From NCBI GenBank assembly GCA_045589295.1, contig JAZNOU010000002.1, positions 64,001 to 128,000 on the forward strand: a stretch of DNA of 64,000 nt, in the 5' to 3' direction. Position 1 is the stretch's first letter. Every line of letters begins with the position of its first letter. This DNA is from Clostridia bacterium (GTDB taxonomy: Bacteria > Bacillota > Clostridia > RGIG6154). Below the pieces are notes generated by a model that did not search any database, was not told the origin of the DNA, and was given only the letters and a program-made list of their open reading frames with translations. Made by a program: the position numbers and the translations under genes. Below are positions 28,428 through 36,026 of the stretch, one piece after another.

Positions 28428-29218
28428 TGGATAAGGATTTTTACAATGTAAAAGGGCGAATTTTTGACATTCAGAAATTTTCGGTTCATGATGGTCCTGG
28501 TATAAGAAGCATTGTGTTTTTAAAAGGCTGTGCGCTAAGGTGCAAATGGTGTTGCAATCCTGAGTCTCAAAGTTATGACATACAGCAGATGAATATGGAT
28601 GGTAAAATTAAAACCGTGGGACGTGATGTTACTGTAGCAGAAGTAATGGATGAAGTGCTAAAAGACTTCCCTTATTTCAGACGTTCGGGTGGAGGAATAA
28701 CTCTTTCTGGCGGCGAGTGTTTGCTTCAACCTGACTTTTCGGTGGCTCTTCTAAAGGCAGCAAAGTACAACGGAATTTCTACAGCTATTGAGTCTACTGG
28801 GTTTGCTAAATATGAGGTTATTGAAAAATTGCTTCCTTATTTAGATGTTTATTTGATGGATATAAAACATATGAACAGTGAAAAACACAGGCTTTTTACA
28901 AGTCAACCAAATGAACGGATTTTGGAAAATGCGGTGAAAATAGCACAGAATGCAAAAAAACTTATAATAAGAGTTCCGGTTATTCCGACGTTTAATGATA
29001 CCGTTGAAGAAATAACTGATATTGCAAGATTTGCAAAAAGTCTTAAAAATGTTGATGAAATTCATCTTCTTCCTTACCATAGATATGGAACAGACAAGTA
29101 CAAGTGGCTTGGAAGAAAGTATGAACTTGAAAACATCACTTCGCCGACCGATGAAAAAATGCAGGAGCTTTTAAGAGCAGCAGAAGCTGTAGGGTTAAAT
29201 GCTCAGATAGGAGGGTAA
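28427..29218 (+). CDS. glycyl-radical activating enzyme (radical SAM, short form without ferredoxin insert)
   Basis: HDGPGIR, CALRCKWCCNPE, GGITLSGGE, DIKH, LLPYH. Confidence 0.95.
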   Translation: MDKDFYNVKGRIFDIQKFSVHDGPGIRSIVFLKGCALRCKWCCNPESQSYDIQQMNMDGKIKTVGRDVTVAEVMDEVLKDFPYFRRSGGGITLSGGECLLQPDFSVALLKAAKYNGISTAIESTGFAKYEVIEKLLPYLDVYLMDIKHMNSEKHRLFTSQPNERILENAVKIAQNAKKLIIRVPVIPTFNDTVEEITDIARFAKSLKNVDEIHLLPYHRYGTDKYKWLGRKYELENITSPTDEKMQELLRAAEAVGLNAQIGG

Positions 29219-29219
29219 T

Positions 29220-29588
29220 ATGCAGGATATTTCAATGCAGGATAAAATGAGAATAGTGCAAGAGCTTGTTCCGGGTAAGCAGATTACTCTTGCACATATT
29301 ATTGCAAATCCGGATCAGGTTTTGTATAAAAAATTAGGACTTGACCCTCAGGTTGAGTATTCAAAATCGGCAATTGGAATTATTACACTTTCGCCAAGTG
29401 AAACTGCAATTATAGCAGGTGATATTGCGATAAAGGCGTCAGGAGCAGAGCTTGGATTTGTTGACCGCTTCAGCGGAACACTTATCACAACAGGAACTGT
29501 ATCTGAGGTAGAGGCTTCGATGAACGCAATTTGTGATTATTGCAAAAACAAGCTTGGTTTTACAATTTGTGAAATAACAAAGACCTGA
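29220..29588 (+). CDS. pduU: permuted BMC shell hexamer, PduU/EutS type
   Basis: RIVQELVPGKQITLAHIIANP, PSETAIIAGD, GFVDRFSG, ICEITKT. Confidence 0.9.
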   Translation: MQDISMQDKMRIVQELVPGKQITLAHIIANPDQVLYKKLGLDPQVEYSKSAIGIITLSPSETAIIAGDIAIKASGAELGFVDRFSGTLITTGTVSEVEASMNAICDYCKNKLGFTICEITKT

Positions 29589-29607
29589 TTTTCTGGAGGG
29601 GTTTTAC

Positions 29608-30033
29608 ATTAAAAGAATAATTTTTATGGGCAGAACCGGCAGCGGAAAAACATCAATTACGCAGGCGCTTAAAAAACAGCCTGTAAAGTATAAAAAGACT
29701 CAGTACATAAATTATTATGAAGCAATTATTGATACTCCGGGTGAATATGCCGAAAATGCTCACTTAGGAAGGGCACTTGCTCTTTATTCTTATGAGGCAG
29801 ATGTTGTTGGACTTTTGCTTTCTGCAACAGAAGAATATTCGCTTTTCCCGCCAAACATTACTTGCCTTGTAAATCGAGAGGTTGTAGGAATTGTGACAAA
29901 AATTGATAAACAAAATGCAAATCCTGACAGGGCAAAAAAATGGCTTGAGCTTACAGGATGCAAAAAAATATTTTTTGTAAGTTCAAAAACTGGTGAGGGA
30001 ATAGAAGAATTGACTAATTATTTGTCAAAATGA
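29608..30033 (+). CDS. pduV: PduV/EutP small GTPase, probable ATT start
   Basis: (I/M)KRIIFMGRTGSGKT, YKKTQ, IDTPGEY, TKID, VSS; SD GGAGGG at 29595-29600, 7 nt before ATT. Confidence 0.88.
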   Translation: MKRIIFMGRTGSGKTSITQALKKQPVKYKKTQYINYYEAIIDTPGEYAENAHLGRALALYSYEADVVGLLLSATEEYSLFPPNITCLVNREVVGIVTKIDKQNANPDRAKKWLELTGCKKIFFVSSKTGEGIEELTNYLSK

Positions 30034-30084
30034 AAATAAAACCACAAAAAACCACAAAAAAATTAAAAAAACAACATATTTTTG

Positions 30085-30113
30085 TTGACAAAACAAAGAA
30101 AAAGTGGTACTAT
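30085..30113 (+). promoter_or_regulatory. sigmaA promoter P2 of the BMC locus
   Basis: TTGACA-17 nt-TACTAT with extended TG; preceded by AAACCACAAA direct repeats. Confidence 0.75.
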
Positions 30114-30175
30114 TATATTGTAAACAAATATATTCAAACATAATATACAATTTCAAGAGAAAAGGAGAATAGATT

Positions 30176-30988
30176 ATGACTTCAGAATTTGAAATCAAAA
30201 AACAAATTTGTGACATCGGTAAGAGAATTTACAACAGAGGCATGGTTGCTGCAAATGACGGTAACATTTCTGTTAAGCTTTCCGACAATGAATTTTTGTG
30301 CACACCTACAGGTGTAAGTAAGGGCTTTATGACACCCGAGTACATCTGTAAAGTTGACAGAGACGGTAATGTTATCCAGGCAAATGGTAACTTTAAGCCT
30401 TCTTCTGAAATCAAAATGCACATGAGAGTTTATCAGCAGAGACCTGATGTAAAAAGTGTTGTTCACGCACATCCTATTTACGCAACAAGTTTTGCTATTG
30501 CAGGCATTCCGCTTACACAGCCTATTATGCCTGAAGCAGTTATTGCACTTGGTTGCGTTCCGATTGCTGAGTACGGCACACCTTCTACAATGGAAATTCC
30601 TGATGCTGTAGAAAAATACTTGCAGTATTATGATGCAGTGCTCTTGGCTAACCATGGTGCACTTGCATATTCTGATAGCTTACTTGCAGCATATCACAAG
30701 ATGGAATCTTTGGAATTTTATGCAGAGCTTCTCTTTAAAGCAAAACAGCTTGGTGGCCCAAAAGAATTGTCAGAAGAACAGGTTCAGAGACTTTACGAAA
30801 TCAGAAGACAGTTCGGTATGACAGGTAAACATCCTGCAGACCTCTGCCCAAATGCTAAAGACGGAAAAACAAGCTGCCATTCATGCGGCGGACACTGCGG
30901 CGGACACAAAGCTGCTACAATAAGCGGGGCAGATGCTGATTTGGTTGCATCAATTACAAAAAGAGTAATGGAACAGCTTGGCAAATAA
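30176..30988 (+). CDS. class II aldolase (fuculose/rhamnulose-1-phosphate aldolase-like) with C-terminal encapsulation peptide
   Basis: DGNIS, TPTG.SK, PSSE..MH, HAHP, LANHG; tail DADLVASITKRVMEQLGK. Confidence 0.9.
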   Translation: MTSEFEIKKQICDIGKRIYNRGMVAANDGNISVKLSDNEFLCTPTGVSKGFMTPEYICKVDRDGNVIQANGNFKPSSEIKMHMRVYQQRPDVKSVVHAHPIYATSFAIAGIPLTQPIMPEAVIALGCVPIAEYGTPSTMEIPDAVEKYLQYYDAVLLANHGALAYSDSLLAAYHKMESLEFYAELLFKAKQLGGPKELSEEQVQRLYEIRRQFGMTGKHPADLCPNAKDGKTSCHSCGGHCGGHKAATISGADADLVASITKRVMEQLGK

Positions 30989-31012
30989 TTGCACTTTGAA
31001 AGGAGCAGTTAT

Positions 31013-31486
31013 ATGAATGAGCAAAATATTTCTTCTTTGGTAGCTGCTGCAATTAAAGACGTGATTTTAAACTCTTCTTCCGAAATGAATCTCGACAAGG
31101 CTAAGAAGCTTGCTTTAATTGTTGAAAACGAAGCAAAAAGGATTGGGGTTAAGGCAGTGGTTGCAATTTCCAATTCGGGAGCAAGACCTGTTTTGGTTGA
31201 GTGTATGGATGATTCTTATATAGCAAGTTATGATGTTGCTTTTAACAAAGCCTACACTGTAGTTGCACTCAAAATGCCAACTTCAAAGCTTAAAACTTTG
31301 AGCCAGCCCAACCAACCACTTTACGGTATACAATTTACTAATCAAGGACAGATTGTTATTTTCGGCGGTGGTGAGCCACTTTATAAAGATGGTAAGATAG
31401 TTGGAGGCCTTGGGGTAAGCGGCGGAACCGAAGAACAAGATACCTACCTTGCTGAGTTTGGTGCTAAAGCATGGGAGGAACTTTAA
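31013..31486 (+). CDS. heme-binding GlcG/HbpS (PduO C-terminal-like) protein with N-terminal encapsulation-like peptide
   Basis: MDDSYIASYDVAFNKAYT, FGGGEPL, GGLGVSGGTEEQD; N-terminus MNEQNISSLVAAAIKDVI. Confidence 0.88.
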   Translation: MNEQNISSLVAAAIKDVILNSSSEMNLDKAKKLALIVENEAKRIGVKAVVAISNSGARPVLVECMDDSYIASYDVAFNKAYTVVALKMPTSKLKTLSQPNQPLYGIQFTNQGQIVIFGGGEPLYKDGKIVGGLGVSGGTEEQDTYLAEFGAKAWEEL

Positions 31487-31487
31487 A

Positions 31488-33017
31488 ATGACCGAACTAA
31501 AGAAAAAAGCTCTTGAAATTGCAAAGAGCAAATCCAGTACGGTTGTTGAAGTTTTTAGAGAAGAAAAACAAGAGTTTATTTATTATCTTATTGAAAACGG
31601 CGGATATTTCGCAAATGATAATGAGATAAAAAGGCTTGAAACACATGCAGTTACAAAAGCTGACAATTTAAATGCTGTGTTGTTTAAAATGAAAGCAATT
31701 ACAGCATACGACCACAAGTTTATAATTTATGATGCCGACAAGGCATATTTAGACGGGTTTAATGTTCCAATGGTTGGAATTAAAACCTTAAAAAAAGAAA
31801 AAAGGAGCGCTGAAATGGATATTAATCAGGATAAAATTCAGGCAATAGTTCAGCAGGTTCTGTCCGAAATGGGAGGAAATGCAAAGCCGGCTCCAAAGGC
31901 AACAGGTGGCGCAATCCCCAAAACAAGCAGGGCGGCAATGCTCACAAAGCTTGAAAATTACGAAATAAAAGAGTTCCCTATTCCTGAGCTTGGCGACGAT
32001 GACATTTTAGTTAAAGTTGAAGGTTGCGGCGTTTGCGGAACCGATGCACACGAATTCAAACGTGATCCCTTTGGTCTTATCCCACTTGTTCTCGGTCACG
32101 AGGGCACGGGCGAAATTGTAAAGATGGGTAAAAACGTTAAAAAGGACAGTGCAGGAAAGCCACTTAACGTTGGCGATAAAGTTGTTACCTGTATGATCTT
32201 TAAAGACAATCCGGATATCACAATGTTTGATTTAAACAAACAAAATGTCGGCGGTGCAGATGTCTACGGACTTCTCCCTGATGATGACATTCACTTAAAT
32301 GGTTGGTTTGCAGACTACATAGTAGTAAGAGGCGGTTCTACAGTATTTAATGTTAGCGACTTAGACCTCGATTCAAGAATTTTAATTGAACCTTGTGCAG
32401 TTTTAATTCACGCAGTAGAACGTGCTAAAACAACAGGAATTTTAAAATTCAATTCAAGAGTTGTTGTTCAGGGTTGTGGACCTATCGGTCTTATCTGTAT
32501 CGCGATTCTTCGTACAATGGGTATTGAAAATATCGTTGCAGTAGATGGCGAACAAAAAAGACTTGATTTTGCAAGAGAAATGGGCGCGACAGGTACAGTT
32601 AACTTCAAAGACCACAAGGGTATTGAAGCACTTACCGGTGCAGTAGAAAACGAATTTGGCGGATACTTAGCTGACTTTGCATTCCAGTGCACTGGCTCAC
32701 CAATTGCTCACGCTAACATTTACAAGTTTATAAGAAACGGTGGCGGTCTTTGCGAACTCGGTTTCTTTATAAACGGCGGCGACGCTACAATCAATCCACA
32801 CTTTGACATTTGTTCAAAGGAAATCACAACAGTAGGTTCTTGGGTTTACACTTTAAGAGATTATGCTACAACATTTGATTTCTTAAAGAGAGCAAAAGGT
32901 ATCGGACTTCCGATGGAAAAGCTCATCACTCACAAGTTCCCACTTGACCAAATCAATGAGGCTCACATCACAAACCTTAAGATGGAAGGCCTTAAAATAG
33001 CAATAGTAAATGATTAA
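31488..33017 (+). CDS. zinc-dependent (MDR) alcohol dehydrogenase; second in-frame start at 31815 begins with an encapsulation peptide
   Basis: CGVCGTD, GHEGTG, IEPCA, GCGPIG; MDINQDKIQAIVQQVLSEM at 31815; SDs before both 31488 and 31815. Confidence 0.9.
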   Translation: MTELKKKALEIAKSKSSTVVEVFREEKQEFIYYLIENGGYFANDNEIKRLETHAVTKADNLNAVLFKMKAITAYDHKFIIYDADKAYLDGFNVPMVGIKTLKKEKRSAEMDINQDKIQAIVQQVLSEMGGNAKPAPKATGGAIPKTSRAAMLTKLENYEIKEFPIPELGDDDILVKVEGCGVCGTDAHEFKRDPFGLIPLVLGHEGTGEIVKMGKNVKKDSAGKPLNVGDKVVTCMIFKDNPDITMFDLNKQNVGGADVYGLLPDDDIHLNGWFADYIVVRGGSTVFNVSDLDLDSRILIEPCAVLIHAVERAKTTGILKFNSRVVVQGCGPIGLICIAILRTMGIENIVAVDGEQKRLDFAREMGATGTVNFKDHKGIEALTGAVENEFGGYLADFAFQCTGSPIAHANIYKFIRNGGGLCELGFFINGGDATINPHFDICSKEITTVGSWVYTLRDYATTFDFLKRAKGIGLPMEKLITHKFPLDQINEAHITNLKMEGLKIAIVND

Positions 33018-33036
33018 TTTTAGGAGGGTATAAATC

Positions 33037-33312
33037 ATGGCATTAGAAGCATTAGGTATGATTGAAACAAGAGGTCTTACTGCAGCAATTGAAGCGGCAG
33101 ACGCAATGGTTAAAGCTGCAGAAGTAACACTTATCGGAACTGAAAAAATCGGTTCAGGATTAGTAAGTGTTATGGTTCGTGGTGATGTAGGAGCAGTTAA
33201 AGCTGCTACAGAAGCAGGTTCTGCTTGCGCATCTCGCCTTGGCGAATTGGTTGCAGTTCACGTAATCCCAAGACCACACGCTGATGTTGAAAAAATTCTC
33301 CCCAAATTCTAA
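33037..33312 (+). CDS. BMC shell hexamer (PduA/J-like)
   Basis: [39 protein letters not shown]. Confidence 0.97.
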   Translation: MALEALGMIETRGLTAAIEAADAMVKAAEVTLIGTEKIGSGLVSVMVRGDVGAVKAATEAGSACASRLGELVAVHVIPRPHADVEKILPKF

Positions 33313-33328
33313 TTAAGAGGTGAGATAA

Positions 33329-33706
33329 ATGGCAACAGCTAAAAAGACAACTAAGGCGGCTGCTCCAAAAGCAGAGCCTAAAAAAGAAGTAAATATCAAG
33401 GTTGAATCTATTAAGGAGGAAAAGAAAATGGCATTAGAAGCATTAGGTATGGTAGAAACAAGAGGTTTGGTAGCTGCAATTGAAGCTGCCGATGCAATGC
33501 TCAAAGCTGCAAACGTACAGCTTTTAGGAACTGAAAGAATCGGTTCTGGTTTGGTAAGCGTTATGGTTCGCGGTGATGTAGGCGCTGTTAAAGCTGCTGT
33601 AGAAGCTGGTCAGGCAAGTGCTCAGAGACTCGGCGAAATCATTGCTACACACGTAATTCCAAGACCTCATGGTGATGTTGAAAAAATTCTTCCGTCACTC
33701 AAATAA
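33329..33706 (+). CDS. BMC shell hexamer (PduA/J-like) with Lys/Ala-rich N-terminal extension; internal start at 33428
   Basis: Core from 33428 is nearly identical to the preceding hexamer; SDs before both ATGs. Confidence 0.95.
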   Translation: MATAKKTTKAAAPKAEPKKEVNIKVESIKEEKKMALEALGMVETRGLVAAIEAADAMLKAANVQLLGTERIGSGLVSVMVRGDVGAVKAAVEAGQASAQRLGEIIATHVIPRPHGDVEKILPSLK

Positions 33707-33725
33707 TTTAACTGTCAAATATAAG

Positions 33726-33753
33726 GGTTGCCGTGCTTAAATGCACGGCGACC
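33726..33753 (+). other. intra-operon stem-loop without U-tract
   Basis: GGTTGCCGTGC-TTAAAT-GCACGGCGACC (11 bp, one G-U), followed by TGATGAT. Confidence 0.7.
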
Positions 33754-33782
33754 TGATGATAGTATTACGGGAGGGTACTTAA

Positions 33783-34043
33783 ATGATTATCGGTAAGGTA
33801 ATAGGAAGCATTGTTTCCACAAGAAAAAACGAAAATTTAGTTGGCAATAAATTTATGATTGTTGAACCTGCTCAAAAAACTGGAAATGGCAACATCGTTG
33901 CAGTTGATAATATCGGTGCAGGTATCGGAGAGTATGTTTTAGTTGCAACAGGCAGTGCGGCAAGAATTGGCTGCAATATGGAATCAAGTCCTGTTGATGC
34001 TGCAATTGTCGGAATAATTGATGATGCAAGCGAATTAAAATAA
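33783..34043 (+). CDS. BMC vertex pentamer (EutN/PduN/CcmL)
   Basis: GKVIGSIVSTRK, VAVDNIGAGIGEYVL..GSAAR, VDAAIVGIID. Confidence 0.96.
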   Translation: MIIGKVIGSIVSTRKNENLVGNKFMIVEPAQKTGNGNIVAVDNIGAGIGEYVLVATGSAARIGCNMESSPVDAAIVGIIDDASELK

Positions 34044-34064
34044 AACTATTATGAAAGGTAACAA

Positions 34065-35402
34065 ATGGCTATGACACTTGAAAAATTGCAACAGCTTATG
34101 AAGGACAATGGTATAGTCGGTGCCGGTGGTGCTGGATTTCCTTCATACGCAAAGTTGGATAAAAGAGCAGATACGATTATATTAAACTGTGCAGAGTGTG
34201 AGCCTCTTTTAAAGCTTCACAGACAGCTTTTGGCAGAGTATGCGTATGAAATTATGAGCACTCTTGACTTAATTGCTGATTTAGTTGATGCAAAAAGTGT
34301 TATTATTGCTGTAAAACATGCCTATACTGAGGCTGTTAATGCGGTAAAAGCCAATCTTGATTCTTTTAAAAGAATAAGCATTGGATATTTACCTGAAATT
34401 TATCCGGCAGGCGATGAGGTTGTTACAATTTATGAAACAACCAAGAGAGTCGTTGCACCGGGTAAGCTCCCCATTACGGTGGGAGTAACGGTGTTTAATG
34501 TTGAAACTATTTATAATGTGTACAGAGCGATAAATGAAAATGAGCCTGTTACATATAAATACATAACTGTTGCAGGCGAGGTTAAAAAACCTGTGACAGT
34601 AAAAGTTCCTCTTGGAACATCAATTAAAGAAGTCATCAAAATGGCAGGTGGCGCAACCGTTGAGGATTATAAGTTAATCAACGGCGGACCTATGACAGGT
34701 GGCTTGATTGAAGAATTTCAGACAGTAACAAAGACAACAAATGGTATTTTGGTTATGCCTAAAGACCATTATATTATAAATAAAAGATTGGCAAGCATCA
34801 AGACCGATATGAAACGTGCTATGAGTGCTTGTTGCCAGTGTAAAATGTGCACAGATATGTGTTCAAGAAATCTTTTGGGACACCCTATAAAACCTCATGA
34901 ATTTATGAGAGTGGCAACATCGGGAGTTACAAGAGATATTGAACCATTTATTAATACAATGTTTTGTTCTGCGTGCGGACTTTGCGAGATGTATGCCTGC
35001 AATCAGGGGCTTTCACCAAGAGCTTTGATTTTAGCTTACAAGAACGGACTAAGACAAAACGGAATAAAAATCCCAGATGATATTTCATTTAAAGAAGTAT
35101 CAAAGCAGAGGGAATTCAGAAAAGTTCCCATGCATCGTCTTGTTGCAAGACTTGGACTTACACCATATGACAAACCTGCACCACTTGATAATGAACTCAA
35201 AAGTGTAAAAACTGTGAAAATTGCATTAGCACAACATATTGGTGCACCTTGCAATGCAGTTGTTAAAAAAGGTGACAAGGTTAAAAGTGGACAGATAATT
35301 GGAGAATCGTCGGTTGACAAGTTGGGTGTGAACATTCACGCATCGATATCTGGTGTTGTACTTGATGTCAACGACAGATTTGTTACTATAAAAGGAGAGT
35401 AA
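34065..35402 (+). CDS. pduS: PduS/RnfC-like flavo-iron-sulfur oxidoreductase
   Basis: GIVGAGGAGFP, NCAECEP, YPAGDE, GGPMTG, CCQCKMCTDMC, CSACGLCEMYAC, QHIGAP...HASISG. Confidence 0.9.
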   Translation: MAMTLEKLQQLMKDNGIVGAGGAGFPSYAKLDKRADTIILNCAECEPLLKLHRQLLAEYAYEIMSTLDLIADLVDAKSVIIAVKHAYTEAVNAVKANLDSFKRISIGYLPEIYPAGDEVVTIYETTKRVVAPGKLPITVGVTVFNVETIYNVYRAINENEPVTYKYITVAGEVKKPVTVKVPLGTSIKEVIKMAGGATVEDYKLINGGPMTGGLIEEFQTVTKTTNGILVMPKDHYIINKRLASIKTDMKRAMSACCQCKMCTDMCSRNLLGHPIKPHEFMRVATSGVTRDIEPFINTMFCSACGLCEMYACNQGLSPRALILAYKNGLRQNGIKIPDDISFKEVSKQREFRKVPMHRLVARLGLTPYDKPAPLDNELKSVKTVKIALAQHIGAPCNAVVKKGDKVKSGQIIGESSVDKLGVNIHASISGVVLDVNDRFVTIKGE

Positions 35403-35405
35403 GGT

Positions 35406-35954
35406 ATGGGAAAAGCAATTGGTATGGCTGAATTTCAGAATGTGTCATCAGGTGTTCAAGCTGCTGATATTATCATTAAAACAGCCGATGTAGATGTAAT
35501 TGAGGCACAGGTTGTGTGCCCTGGTAAATACATAATAATCATTACAGGACAGCTGAGTGCTGTAAGAGCTTCCATTGATGCAGCAAAAGTTAAGTTTGCA
35601 CAGACAATGGTAGACAGTTTTGTACTTGGAAATCCCGATGAATCAATTTTCCCTGCAATTTACGGCTCAAATCCTGTTGAAAACCCAAACGCTTTAGGTG
35701 TTTTGGAAACATACTCTGCAGCTTCAATTATTGTTGCTGCTGACCTTGCAGCAAAAACTGCAGATGTTAATTTGATTGAACTCAGAATTGCGAGAGGTAT
35801 GTGCGGTAAGTCTTATATGTATATTACAGGCGAGGTTGCTGCAGTAACCGCTTCAATAGAAAATGCAAAAGCTAAAATTGGTGATAACGGAATGTTGCTT
35901 GATGCATCGGTTATTCCAAATCCTGATAAAAAACTTTGGGACACAATTTTATAA
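35406..35954 (+). CDS. pduT: BMC tandem-domain trimer, PduT type
   Basis: VCPGKY (Fe-S Cys loop), two BMC domains, next to pduS. Confidence 0.9.
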   Translation: MGKAIGMAEFQNVSSGVQAADIIIKTADVDVIEAQVVCPGKYIIIITGQLSAVRASIDAAKVKFAQTMVDSFVLGNPDESIFPAIYGSNPVENPNALGVLETYSAASIIVAADLAAKTADVNLIELRIARGMCGKSYMYITGEVAAVTASIENAKAKIGDNGMLLDASVIPNPDKKLWDTIL

Positions 35955-36026
35955 GCTGGAGCATAGAAGAAATAAAGCTTATAATGAAACGGCAGTATGG
36001 TAATTTATAATAGAGGGTGAGAACTT

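Noticed and set aside
30038-30075. ACCACAAAAA repeats as a CRISPR or phase-variable tract
   Set aside because: Only two short units, no spacers and no cas genes; better explained as operator or UP element
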